A stretch of 64,000 nucleotides of DNA, taken from NCBI RefSeq assembly GCF_034680285.1, contig NZ_JAXITC010000002.1:139633-203632 (forward strand), read 5' to 3'. The translations under genes were made by a program, and so were the position numbers. This document shows, in pieces, positions 8,316-17,151 of the stretch. The stretch's first letter is position 1. Each line of letters opens with the position of its first letter. The DNA comes from Limnohabitans sp. GTDB lineage: Bacteria; Pseudomonadota; Gammaproteobacteria; Burkholderiales; Burkholderiaceae_C. The notes beneath the pieces were generated by a model. That model saw only the letters and a program-made list of their open reading frames with translations, made no database searches and was not told the origin of the DNA.

Positions 8316-9323
8316 ATGCAAAATCTGATCGACCCCGCCATCCTCTTTTTCATTTTTGGCGTGCTGGCGGGCACCGTCAAATCGAACCTCGAAATTCCGC
8401 CCGCCATCTCTCGCTTCCTTTCTCTCTACCTGCTAATGGCCCTGGGTCTCAAGGGTGGTTTTGCGTTGTCGCAATCAGGCCTGACTGCGACCGTGGGCAT
8501 CAGTCTGGCCGCCGCCGTGACGCTGGCCATCGTCATTCCTCTCATTGGCTACACCGTGTTGCGTCGGTTTGTATCGGGCTTTGACGCAGCGGCTGTCGCG
8601 GCCACTTATGGTTCGGTCAGCGCCGTGAACTTTGTCACAGCGGTGCAAACGCTAGAGAACCAAGGCGTGCCTTATGGCGGCCACATGGCCGCGGCCATGG
8701 CCCTGATGGAATCACCCGCCATCATCCTGGCTGTGGTGTTGGCCAATTCGCTGCGGCAAAAAACGGCCTCGCAGGTCGTGGTGCAAGCGGGTGGAGCGGC
8801 CGTTCTGGGTGGGCCCATATCGCCTGCTGGCAGCTCTGTCGGCAAAATTCTTCACGAGTCTTTCACCGATGGTGCGCAGTTGCTGCTGCTGGGCGCGATG
8901 GTCATCGGTCTGATCACGGGCGAGGCTGGCAAAGAAGCGATGGCGCCCTTCTCAGTGGACCTGTTCAAAGGCATGCTGGCCTTCTTTTTGCTCGACATGG
9001 GCTTGATGGCGGCACGCAACCTGCCGCAAGTCAAGGGCCAGTCGCCCGTGTTGATCGCCTATGCGGTGATCGGCCCCCTGGTGCACGCAGGCCTAGCCCT
9101 GGGTCTGGCCATGCTCTTGAAACTGAGTCCGGGTGACGGGGCCTTGCTGATGGTGCTGGCGGCCAGCGCGTCTTACATCGCCGTGCCCGCCGTGCTGCGC
9201 ACCGCCTTGCCTGAAGCCAAACCTGCGCTCTATTTTGGGCTGAGCCTGGGGCTGACCTTTCCCTTTAACATTGTGCTGGGGATCCCGGTTTATTTGGCTG
9301 TGGCGCAGTCCGTTCTGACCTGA
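8316..9323 (+). CDS. Sodium-dependent bicarbonate transport family permease (SbtA-like, DUF897)
   Basis: MQNLIDPAILFF, LSLYLLMALGLKGG, ATYGSVSAVNF, LMESPAI, ASASYIAVPA, TFPFNIVLGIP; RBS AAGGAA before ATG 8316. Confidence 0.88.
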   Translation: MQNLIDPAILFFIFGVLAGTVKSNLEIPPAISRFLSLYLLMALGLKGGFALSQSGLTATVGISLAAAVTLAIVIPLIGYTVLRRFVSGFDAAAVAATYGSVSAVNFVTAVQTLENQGVPYGGHMAAAMALMESPAIILAVVLANSLRQKTASQVVVQAGGAAVLGGPISPAGSSVGKILHESFTDGAQLLLLGAMVIGLITGEAGKEAMAPFSVDLFKGMLAFFLLDMGLMAARNLPQVKGQSPVLIAYAVIGPLVHAGLALGLAMLLKLSPGDGALLMVLAASASYIAVPAVLRTALPEAKPALYFGLSLGLTFPFNIVLGIPVYLAVAQSVLT

Positions 9324-9347
9324 CGTTGACGGGTTTTCAGTGTGCCC

Positions 9348-10049
9348 CTAAACCGAGCGCATCAAGCCACCATCAACCCGAATGTTCTGGCCCGTGATGT
9401 AGGCCGCGCCTTCGGAGGCCAAAAAGGCGATGGTCGCGGCCACTTCCTCACTGCTACCGTAACGTTGCATGGGCACACTTTGGCGGCGCTGTTCCTGGGC
9501 GGGCAGGCTGTCGATCCAACCGGGCAGCACGTTGTTCATGCGCACGTTGTGCACGGCATGCTCGTCGGCAAACAGTTTGGTGAATGCGGCCAAGCCTGCG
9601 CGCGCCACGGCTGAGGTCGGGAACATCGAACTGGGCTCGACCACCCAGGCGGTGGAGATGTTGACGATGGACCCCGCCTTTTGCTGAACCATGATGGGCG
9701 CCACCAGCCGCACGGCGCGCACCACGTTCATGAAATACATGTCCATGCCCAAATGCCACTGCGCATCGGTCAATTCCAGCAAAGGGCCCTTGGGGCCGTG
9801 GCCTGCGCTGTTGACCAGCACGTCGATGCGGCCCCAACGCGCCATGGTTTGATCGACCAGTTTTTGCAGGTCTTCACTCGATTGGTTAGAGCCCGTCAGG
9901 CCGATGCCCCCCAACTCACGGCCCAGCGCCTCGCCCTTGCCGGACGAAGACAACACCGCCACCTGAAAACCATCTTGCGCCAGCTTGCGGGCCGCCGCTG
10001 CGCCCATGCCACTGCCGCCACCCACCACCATCGCTACCTTGTTGCTCAT
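9348..10049 (-). CDS. SDR family oxidoreductase
   Basis: GGGSGMG Rossmann motif, DVLVNSAG, NNVLPG, ITGQNIRVDGG. Confidence 0.9.
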   Translation of the reverse strand: MSNKVAMVVGGGSGMGAAAARKLAQDGFQVAVLSSSGKGEALGRELGGIGLTGSNQSSEDLQKLVDQTMARWGRIDVLVNSAGHGPKGPLLELTDAQWHLGMDMYFMNVVRAVRLVAPIMVQQKAGSIVNISTAWVVEPSSMFPTSAVARAGLAAFTKLFADEHAVHNVRMNNVLPGWIDSLPAQEQRRQSVPMQRYGSSEEVAATIAFLASEGAAYITGQNIRVDGGLMRSV

Positions 10050-13000
10050 GTCTTGCTCCTTGTTTGTGTGAGTTTTCTAAACATGCGGCCAGACCACTGC
10101 CCCAAATCATCCAGGTAAGTGAACACCACCGGCACCACCAGCAAGCTGAGCACCGTGCTGGTGAGCAAGCCGCCGATCACGGCAATGGCCATGGGCGAGC
10201 GGAAGCTCGCGTCGGCTGCGCCCCAGCCCACAGCAATGGGCAACATGCCCGCACCCATGGCAATGGTGGTCATGACGATCGGGCGTGCGCGTTTGTGGCA
10301 AGCGTCCAAAATCGCGTCCCAGCGGCTCATGGGGGCCACAGCAGGGTGGTCGCCCTCAGCCGGTTTGCCGCGCCGCGCTTCGATGGCGTATTCCACCAGC
10401 AAAATCGAGTTTTTGGTGGCGATGCCCATGAGCATGATCAGGCCAATGAGCGAGGGCATGGAGAAGCTCTTTTGCGCGATGAGCAAACCCACAAACGCAC
10501 CGCCCAATGACAGCGGCAGCGCCGCCAAGATGGTGATGGGGTGCAAGAAGCCTTTGAACAGCAGCACCAACACGATGTAGATGCACAGCACACCGATCAT
10601 CATGGCCAGACCAAAGCTGGCAAAGAGCTCGCCCATGACTTCGGCGTCGCCCACTTCCACCACCTTCACGCCCGGTGGCAAGCTTTGCAGGGCAGGCAGC
10701 TTTTGCACTGCCGCCGTCACATCACCCAGCGGCATGCCCGACAGCTCGATCTCGAAGTTGATGTTGCGCTGGCGGTCGTAGCGATCAATGACCGCCGGGC
10801 CGCCCGCCACCTCGATGCTGGCCACCTGGCCCAGCATGACGGGGCCACGGCTGCCGGGCACCATCAGGCGCTCGAGTGTGCTCAGATCATGCCTCGACTC
10901 GTCACCCAACTTCACGACGATGGGCACCTGCCGCTCCGACAAATTGAGCTTGGGCAATGCCTGGTCGTAGTCGCCCAGCGTGGCCACACGCAAGGTGTCG
11001 CTGATGGCCGCGCTGGTCACGCCCAAGTCAGCCGCCTTGGCAAAATCGGGACGCACCGCGATCTCGGGGCGCACCAAGCTGGCGGTGGACGCAATCGACC
11101 CCAAGCCCTGGATGGTGCGCAGGTCACGCTCCACCGCCATGGCGGCGGTTTGCAGGGCTTGCGGGTCTTCGCCCGTGAGCACCAACACGTACTTCTCGCC
11201 TGAGCCGCCCAAGCCCACCTTGCTGCGCACGCCGGGCAGCTGTTGCAAAGCGGTGCGGATGTCGTTTTCAATCGCTTGCTTGCGCGGGCGTGTGCCGCGC
11301 TCGCTCAGCTGAATGGTGAGCGTGGCCTTGCGCACTTCGGCCGCGCCGCCACCCGCAAACGGGTCACTGCCTGCGCTGCCGCCGCCAATGGTGGTGTAGA
11401 CGCTCTTCACGTTGTTCACCGTCATGAGCAGTGTGCGGGCGTGTTCGGCACTGGCCTGGGTTTGCGCCAAAGTCGAACCCGGTGGCAGCTCCACATAAAC
11501 CTGGGTTTGCGAGTTGTCGTCTGGCGGGATGAAGCCCTTGGGCAACAAAGGCACCAGCATGATGGAGCCGATGAAAAACAGCGTGGCCAGCACCATGGTG
11601 ACCAAGCGGTGCTTCATGCACCAAGTGGCCCAGACCATGTAGCGCTTAAGCCAGCCGGGTTCGTGCGCGGCCGTGACGATGGGCTTCAAGATGTAAGCCG
11701 CCATCATGGGCGTGAGCACCCGCGCCACCACCAGCGAGGCAAACACCGCGAGCGACGCCGTCCATCCAAACTGCTTGAAAAACTTGCCCGGAATGCCACT
11801 CATGAAAGCCGTGGGCAAAAACACCGCAATCAAGGTGAAGGTGGTGGCAATCACCGCCAAACCGATCTCGTCGGCCGCTTCCATGGCCGCCTGATACGGC
11901 GACTTGCCCATGCGCAAATGGCGCACGATGTTTTCCACCTCGACAATCGCGTCGTCCACCAGCACGCCAATCACCAAAGACAGCGCCAGCAAGGTCACCA
12001 CGTTGATGGAAAAACCCAAGTAAGCCATGCCAATGAAGGCAGGGATGACCGACAGCGGCAGCGCCACCGCCGACACAAAGGTGGCCCGCCAGTCGCGCAA
12101 GAACAGCCACACCACCACCACCGCCAAAATCGCGCCTTCGTAAAGCAAGACGAGTGAGCCGTCGTATTCCTCTTCCACCGGGGTCACGAAGTCGAAGGAT
12201 TCGGTGATCTCGATGTCCGGGTTTTGCAAGCGGTATTCGGACAGCGCCTGGCGCACCAGGCGGCCCACGGCCACTTCGCTCTCGCCCTTGCTGCGCACCA
12301 CCTCAAAGCCGACCACGGGCACACCGTCCAAAGTCGCTGCCGAGCGGGCATCCGCCAGCGTGTCGCTCACCGTGGCCACTTGGTCCAGGCGAACGCTGCC
12401 GCCTCGGGATGTGGCCAGCTCGATCTGACCCACCTCTTGCGCCGTTTTGACGGTGGCCAGCGTGCGCACAGGCTGCTCGCCCGCACCCAAATCCATGCGA
12501 CCACCCGAGCCTTCTTGTTGCACCTGCTTGAGTTGGCGCGAGACTTCGGCTGCCGTAATGCCCAGCGATTGCAGGCGGTTCACATCGAGCGCCACACGCA
12601 CCTCACGCGTGACTCCGCCCACGCGGTTGACGGCACCCACACCACGCAGCGACAAGAGCTTGCGGGTGATGTCTTTGTCCACCAACCACGACAAGGCCTC
12701 GTCGTCCATGCGCGACGAGCGCACCGTATAGGCCAGCACGGGCGAGCCGGCCAGGTTGAGCTTTTGCACCACCGGGTCACGCAGGTCACCGGGCAAATCG
12801 GCCCGCACACCCTGGATGGCCGAGCGCACATCGTCCACCGCTTCTTGGGTGGGCTTTTCCATGCGGAATTCGGCGGTGATGGACACCACGCCGTCTTGCA
12901 CCTTGGTGGTGATGTGTTTGAGGCCTTGCAGCGGCGCCAGCGCGTTTTCAAGCTTGCGGGCCACATCGGTTTCGAGCTGCGAGGGCGCGACACCGGGCAA

Positions 13001-13153
13001 GCTGGCAGTCACCGAGATGGTGGGCACGTCCAAGTCCGGAAAGTTTTGCACCTTCATCGAACCAAAAGCGATGAAGCCTGCCACCGTCAGCAGCACAAAC
13101 AGCATGACGGCCGGGATCGGGTTGCGGATGGACCAAGAGGAGACGTTGAGCAT
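10046..13153 (-). CDS. RND efflux transporter permease (AcrB/AcrD/AcrF family)
   Basis: 1035 aa; motifs GVLVDDAIVEVEN, GIATKNSILLVE, RARPIVMTT. Confidence 0.93.
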   Translation of the reverse strand: MLNVSSWSIRNPIPAVMLFVLLTVAGFIAFGSMKVQNFPDLDVPTISVTASLPGVAPSQLETDVARKLENALAPLQGLKHITTKVQDGVVSITAEFRMEKPTQEAVDDVRSAIQGVRADLPGDLRDPVVQKLNLAGSPVLAYTVRSSRMDDEALSWLVDKDITRKLLSLRGVGAVNRVGGVTREVRVALDVNRLQSLGITAAEVSRQLKQVQQEGSGGRMDLGAGEQPVRTLATVKTAQEVGQIELATSRGGSVRLDQVATVSDTLADARSAATLDGVPVVGFEVVRSKGESEVAVGRLVRQALSEYRLQNPDIEITESFDFVTPVEEEYDGSLVLLYEGAILAVVVVWLFLRDWRATFVSAVALPLSVIPAFIGMAYLGFSINVVTLLALSLVIGVLVDDAIVEVENIVRHLRMGKSPYQAAMEAADEIGLAVIATTFTLIAVFLPTAFMSGIPGKFFKQFGWTASLAVFASLVVARVLTPMMAAYILKPIVTAAHEPGWLKRYMVWATWCMKHRLVTMVLATLFFIGSIMLVPLLPKGFIPPDDNSQTQVYVELPPGSTLAQTQASAEHARTLLMTVNNVKSVYTTIGGGSAGSDPFAGGGAAEVRKATLTIQLSERGTRPRKQAIENDIRTALQQLPGVRSKVGLGGSGEKYVLVLTGEDPQALQTAAMAVERDLRTIQGLGSIASTASLVRPEIAVRPDFAKAADLGVTSAAISDTLRVATLGDYDQALPKLNLSERQVPIVVKLGDESRHDLSTLERLMVPGSRGPVMLGQVASIEVAGGPAVIDRYDRQRNINFEIELSGMPLGDVTAAVQKLPALQSLPPGVKVVEVGDAEVMGELFASFGLAMMIGVLCIYIVLVLLFKGFLHPITILAALPLSLGGAFVGLLIAQKSFSMPSLIGLIMLMGIATKNSILLVEYAIEARRGKPAEGDHPAVAPMSRWDAILDACHKRARPIVMTTIAMGAGMLPIAVGWGAADASFRSPMAIAVIGGLLTSTVLSLLVVPVVFTYLDDLGQWSGRMFRKLTQTRSKT

Positions 13154-13162
13154 GACGTCCCT

Positions 13163-14290
13163 TTATTTGGCGGCTGGGGCTGCTGGAGGCGCCGGGGCGT
13201 CCACCACACGCACCGTGTCGCCGTGGTTGAGGAATGCACCGCCACTGGCCACCACGCGGGCATCGGCTTTCAAGCCGCTCACCACCTCCACGCGGTCACC
13301 GCTTTGGCGGCCGGTTTGCACTTTGAGCTGGTTGACTTTTTGGTCGACTCCGACGGTGTAGACATAACTGAAGCCATCGCGCACCACCACCGCCGCTTGC
13401 GGCACGGTGAGCGCCTGGCTTTGGCCTAGGGCGATCTCGCCTTGGGCGTACATGCCTGCCCGGGCGCTGCCGGTGGCTGTTGGCAAGTCGACGTAGACCA
13501 AGGCATTGCGGGTTTGTGCATCGACCGAAGGCGCCACCATGCGCACTTTGCCTTGCAGCAACTGACCGCTGGCGGCTTTGATCTGCACAGGCGCACCCAC
13601 CTGGATGCGGCCAATTTCGGTGGCCGTCACTTCAGCCCGCCACTCGATGCGACCTTGGCGAATGAGGCGGAACAACTCGGTGCCCGCACCCACCACGCTG
13701 CCCACGGTGGCCTGCCGGGCTGAGATGACGCCGGCATCGGACGCACGCACCTGGGTTTGCGACAGGCGCACGTTTTGCAGCTGCACCATGGCGCGGGCCG
13801 ACTGCACGCGGGCCACAGAAGAGGCCTCAGCGGCCAGCGCTTGGCTCAATTGCGCATTGCTAAAAAAGCCTTGCTGCTGCAGGCTGCGGGCGCGATCTGC
13901 TTGGGATTTGGCCTCTTGGGCGCTGGCCGTGGCTTCGGCCAAAGCGCCTTCGGCCTGTGCCAACTCGGCCTGCAAGCTGTCGGCTTGCAAAACAGCGAGC
14001 ACATCGCCGCGCTGCACCCGGTCGCCCACATTCACGCGCACCTCGGTGATCTTCAGGCCATTGGCCTCGGCACCCACGATGGCTTCTTGCCAAGCGACCA
14101 GGTTGCCGTTGGCGCTGATTTTTTGCGCCAAACTGCTGGCTTGCGGGGTGGTGACCGTGACCGTCAAGCTGGGCTTGCTGACTGCGCTGGCTGACCGCTC
14201 ATCTGCAGCCCATGCCATGCTGGCGTTCCCCAGCGAAACGCACACCCAAACCGCCAAACAACCACCCACTTTTTTCATGACGCTTCTCAT
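13163..14290 (-). CDS. RND efflux membrane-fusion (periplasmic adaptor) subunit
   Basis: Signal anchor, lipoyl half-motifs (VNVGDRVQRGDVLA, GVISARQATVG), coiled coil. Start may be 14278. Confidence 0.9.
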   Translation of the reverse strand: MRSVMKKVGGCLAVWVCVSLGNASMAWAADERSASAVSKPSLTVTVTTPQASSLAQKISANGNLVAWQEAIVGAEANGLKITEVRVNVGDRVQRGDVLAVLQADSLQAELAQAEGALAEATASAQEAKSQADRARSLQQQGFFSNAQLSQALAAEASSVARVQSARAMVQLQNVRLSQTQVRASDAGVISARQATVGSVVGAGTELFRLIRQGRIEWRAEVTATEIGRIQVGAPVQIKAASGQLLQGKVRMVAPSVDAQTRNALVYVDLPTATGSARAGMYAQGEIALGQSQALTVPQAAVVVRDGFSYVYTVGVDQKVNQLKVQTGRQSGDRVEVVSGLKADARVVASGGAFLNHGDTVRVVDAPAPPAAPAAK

Positions 14291-14381
14291 TGTTGAACGC
14301 CTCGTTGGCGCCTCAAGAGTTTAGCGGTTGAACATGACCGTATGGGGTCTATACCTTTCGATCAAGGGGTGTATGCAAGGC

Positions 14382-17126
14382 TCATTGCATGACGGATTGC
14401 CAAACTTTCAAGACCGCATCACGCTCAAGGGCCAATTGAGCCACGGGAACATCGGTGGGCTCTTCGTTCAGGCGAGCGTGGTGTTGAACCCGGCGCATTT
14501 CTCGGTACGCATTGGCCGCAGCATGGCCCATACCTTCGGGCAACAAGCCCACCGTTTCCGCACGTTGCAGCAGCGCGATGTTGCCCACGTTGGCGGCCAA
14601 CTCGGGGTGGGCTGCGGTGTGCAGCAGCACCAAAAACTGAACGGCGAACTCGGCATCCACCATGGCACCCGGGCTGTGCTTCACATCAAAACGATCGGCC
14701 TTAACCGGGTGACCTTGGCGTACCCGCTCACGCATGGCCACGATTTCGGCTTTCAAACTGGCGGCGTCACGGTTAGCACCGATGACCGCGCAGCGCACAG
14801 CGTCAAACTGAACCGCCAAGCTCGGCAAACCCATGACAAACCGGGCCCGGGTCATGGCTTGGTGCTCCCATGTCCAAGCGGTGTTGCTGCCGCGCTGCTG
14901 CTGGTAGTCGGCGTAGGCTTCAAAACGTGTCACCAGCAAACCCGAGTTGCCATTGGGGCGCAGTGCGGTATCGATTTCGTACAAATCACCTTCAGCTGTT
15001 TTGACCGTCATCCAGTTGATCAACTTGCGCACATAGTTGGCATAGATTTCCTGGGCGCGTTCGTCTTCGTCTTCATAAACAAACACAATGTCCAGGTCAC
15101 TGCCATAACCCAGCTCCTTGCCGCCCAACTTGCCGTACGCAATGATGGCAATCGCAGGCTCTTCGCGGTGACGGTTTTTCAGCCGACTCCAACACCAGCG
15201 GGCCGTCACACGCAGCACCGCATCGGCCAAGGCACTCAAATCGTCAGCCACTTGCTCCACCGTGAGCACACCTTCCACATCACGCGCCAGCGTGCGGAAC
15301 TGCTCAGCATGGTGGGCGCGGCGCAGCAAATTGAGCAAGCTTTCCTCGTCATCTTCGCCCGTGCGTTGCAGGGCCAACAAACGGGCCTGCAACTCCCCTT
15401 CAAATTCGGCGGCATCAAAGCGGCTGTCAAACAGATTGCCGCCAGCCAGCTCATCGATCACCCCCGGGTGCTGCAGCAGGTATCGGGCAGGCCACTTGGC
15501 CGCCCCCAAAAGGCGCAACAAGCGCTCGTGAACCGAAGGCCGCTCGAGCATGAGGGCCAAGTAACTCTCACGGCGCAGCAGGGGCTCGATCCAGTCGACC
15601 ATCCGCAGAACGGCTTCCTCACTCACGCGGCCCACGTCCAGCCACTGGGCTGTGCGTTGCAACAAACGCATCAAGCGGCCCCGCGCATCCTCGCGCAATG
15701 CTTGTACACGAGGGTTATCCGCCCACTGCGTCAAACGTTCACGCAGCGCGCCATTGAACTCGGTCAGTACCGCATCCAACTCGGCGGGTTCACGGGTGTT
15801 TTTTCCGCTCTTGCTGTTGCAGGTTTTGCAATCGCGGTCTCCACCCAACAAGGTGTCGAACTCTTGCGCCACCACTTCACGGTGCGCATCCAGGTCGACG
15901 AGAAATGCCCCGGTATCGGCGTAGGCCATCGTCTGCGCAATCCAGGCCAAATCGTCGTCGCGGGTAGGCAAGACATGGGTTTGCTGGTCGTCCAGGTACT
16001 GGATTCGGTGCTCCACCTTGCGTAAAAACACATAGGCAGCACCCAAGGCGGCGGCGGTGGTCTGCGGCATGAGCCCGGCTTTGGCCACGCGTTGCAAAGC
16101 GTCCAGGGTGGGGCGGGTGCGCAACTCCGGAAACTGACCGCCTCGCACCACCTGCAAAAGCTGAACGGTGAATTCGATCTCGCGGATGCCACCGCGCGAC
16201 AGTTTCACGTCGTTAGCGCGTTCGGGATGGCCCGCGCTGCGTTTGGACGCGTGGTCACGGATTTGTTGGTGCAGCGTGCGCAGCGACTCAAAGACGTTGT
16301 AGTCAAGGTAACGCCGAAACACAAAGGGCAGGACCACCCCCCGCAGTGCCTGGGCTGAACCATTGAGCACCGCACTGCGTGGGGCCACCACGCGGCTTTT
16401 CATCCAGGCAAAGCGCTCCCATTCGCGGCCTTGCACGAGCAAATACTCTTCCAAAGCATCCAGCGACACCACGCTGGGGCCGGAGTTGCCGTTGGGGCGC
16501 AGCGCCAAGTCCACCCGGAACACAAAGCCGTGCTCGGTGGTCTCGCCAATGAGCGCGTACATGCGCTTGACGGCGCGGGTGAAATACTCCTGACACGAGA
16601 CCTTGTTTCGCCCTTCGCTGTTGCCCAAGCTCTGTCCGTCTTGGTCGTAGACATAAATCAGGTCAATGTCACTCGACACATTCAACTCGCGGGCACCCAA
16701 CTTGCCCATACCCATGATCCACATTTCGGCACGTTGACCATCGGCTTTGGTTGGTGCGCCGTGCAATGCGTCCAAATCTGCCGACACCTGTTGCCAAGCC
16801 ATGTCGAGCGTGACCTCGGCCAGCCACGTCATGCCGTAAGTGACTGTTTGCAAGTCCGCTCTGCCCGAACAGTCCAGCCAAGCCAAGCGCTCCAGCGTGA
16901 GCTGACGCAAGACGCGCAAGGCGGCGCTGGTGTCCAGCCCCCGAGACACCAAGGCGTCGTAGGCAGCACTCAAGCTGTCGCGGGTGGGCGGGCCAGGGGG
17001 CAAAAGAGGCAGCTCTGCGCCATAACGGCGGTGCAAACGCTGCAGAAAGCGAGAATACAGCGGCAAATCGTCCAGGCCGACATCATTTGTGGCGGCGATC
17101 TCGTCCATCGGCTGGCTGCGGGTCAT
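14382..17126 (-). CDS. glnE: Bifunctional glutamine synthetase adenylyltransferase/adenylyl-removing enzyme
   Basis: Two nucleotidyltransferase motifs (GKLGARELNVSSDIDL; GKLGGKELGYGSDLDI) and two DxxLRPNG motifs. Start may be 17108. Confidence 0.95.
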   Translation of the reverse strand: MTRSQPMDEIAATNDVGLDDLPLYSRFLQRLHRRYGAELPLLPPGPPTRDSLSAAYDALVSRGLDTSAALRVLRQLTLERLAWLDCSGRADLQTVTYGMTWLAEVTLDMAWQQVSADLDALHGAPTKADGQRAEMWIMGMGKLGARELNVSSDIDLIYVYDQDGQSLGNSEGRNKVSCQEYFTRAVKRMYALIGETTEHGFVFRVDLALRPNGNSGPSVVSLDALEEYLLVQGREWERFAWMKSRVVAPRSAVLNGSAQALRGVVLPFVFRRYLDYNVFESLRTLHQQIRDHASKRSAGHPERANDVKLSRGGIREIEFTVQLLQVVRGGQFPELRTRPTLDALQRVAKAGLMPQTTAAALGAAYVFLRKVEHRIQYLDDQQTHVLPTRDDDLAWIAQTMAYADTGAFLVDLDAHREVVAQEFDTLLGGDRDCKTCNSKSGKNTREPAELDAVLTEFNGALRERLTQWADNPRVQALREDARGRLMRLLQRTAQWLDVGRVSEEAVLRMVDWIEPLLRRESYLALMLERPSVHERLLRLLGAAKWPARYLLQHPGVIDELAGGNLFDSRFDAAEFEGELQARLLALQRTGEDDEESLLNLLRRAHHAEQFRTLARDVEGVLTVEQVADDLSALADAVLRVTARWCWSRLKNRHREEPAIAIIAYGKLGGKELGYGSDLDIVFVYEDEDERAQEIYANYVRKLINWMTVKTAEGDLYEIDTALRPNGNSGLLVTRFEAYADYQQQRGSNTAWTWEHQAMTRARFVMGLPSLAVQFDAVRCAVIGANRDAASLKAEIVAMRERVRQGHPVKADRFDVKHSPGAMVDAEFAVQFLVLLHTAAHPELAANVGNIALLQRAETVGLLPEGMGHAAANAYREMRRVQHHARLNEEPTDVPVAQLALERDAVLKVWQSVMQ

Positions 17127-17151
17127 AATTCCTGCTGACTTTCTAATTCAA

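Noticed and set aside
14328-16025. 565-aa plus-strand ORF (likewise 43618..44898, 46436..47788, 48508..49809, 54920..56113)
   Set aside because: All lie opposite well-supported genes and lack motifs or hydrophobic logic.
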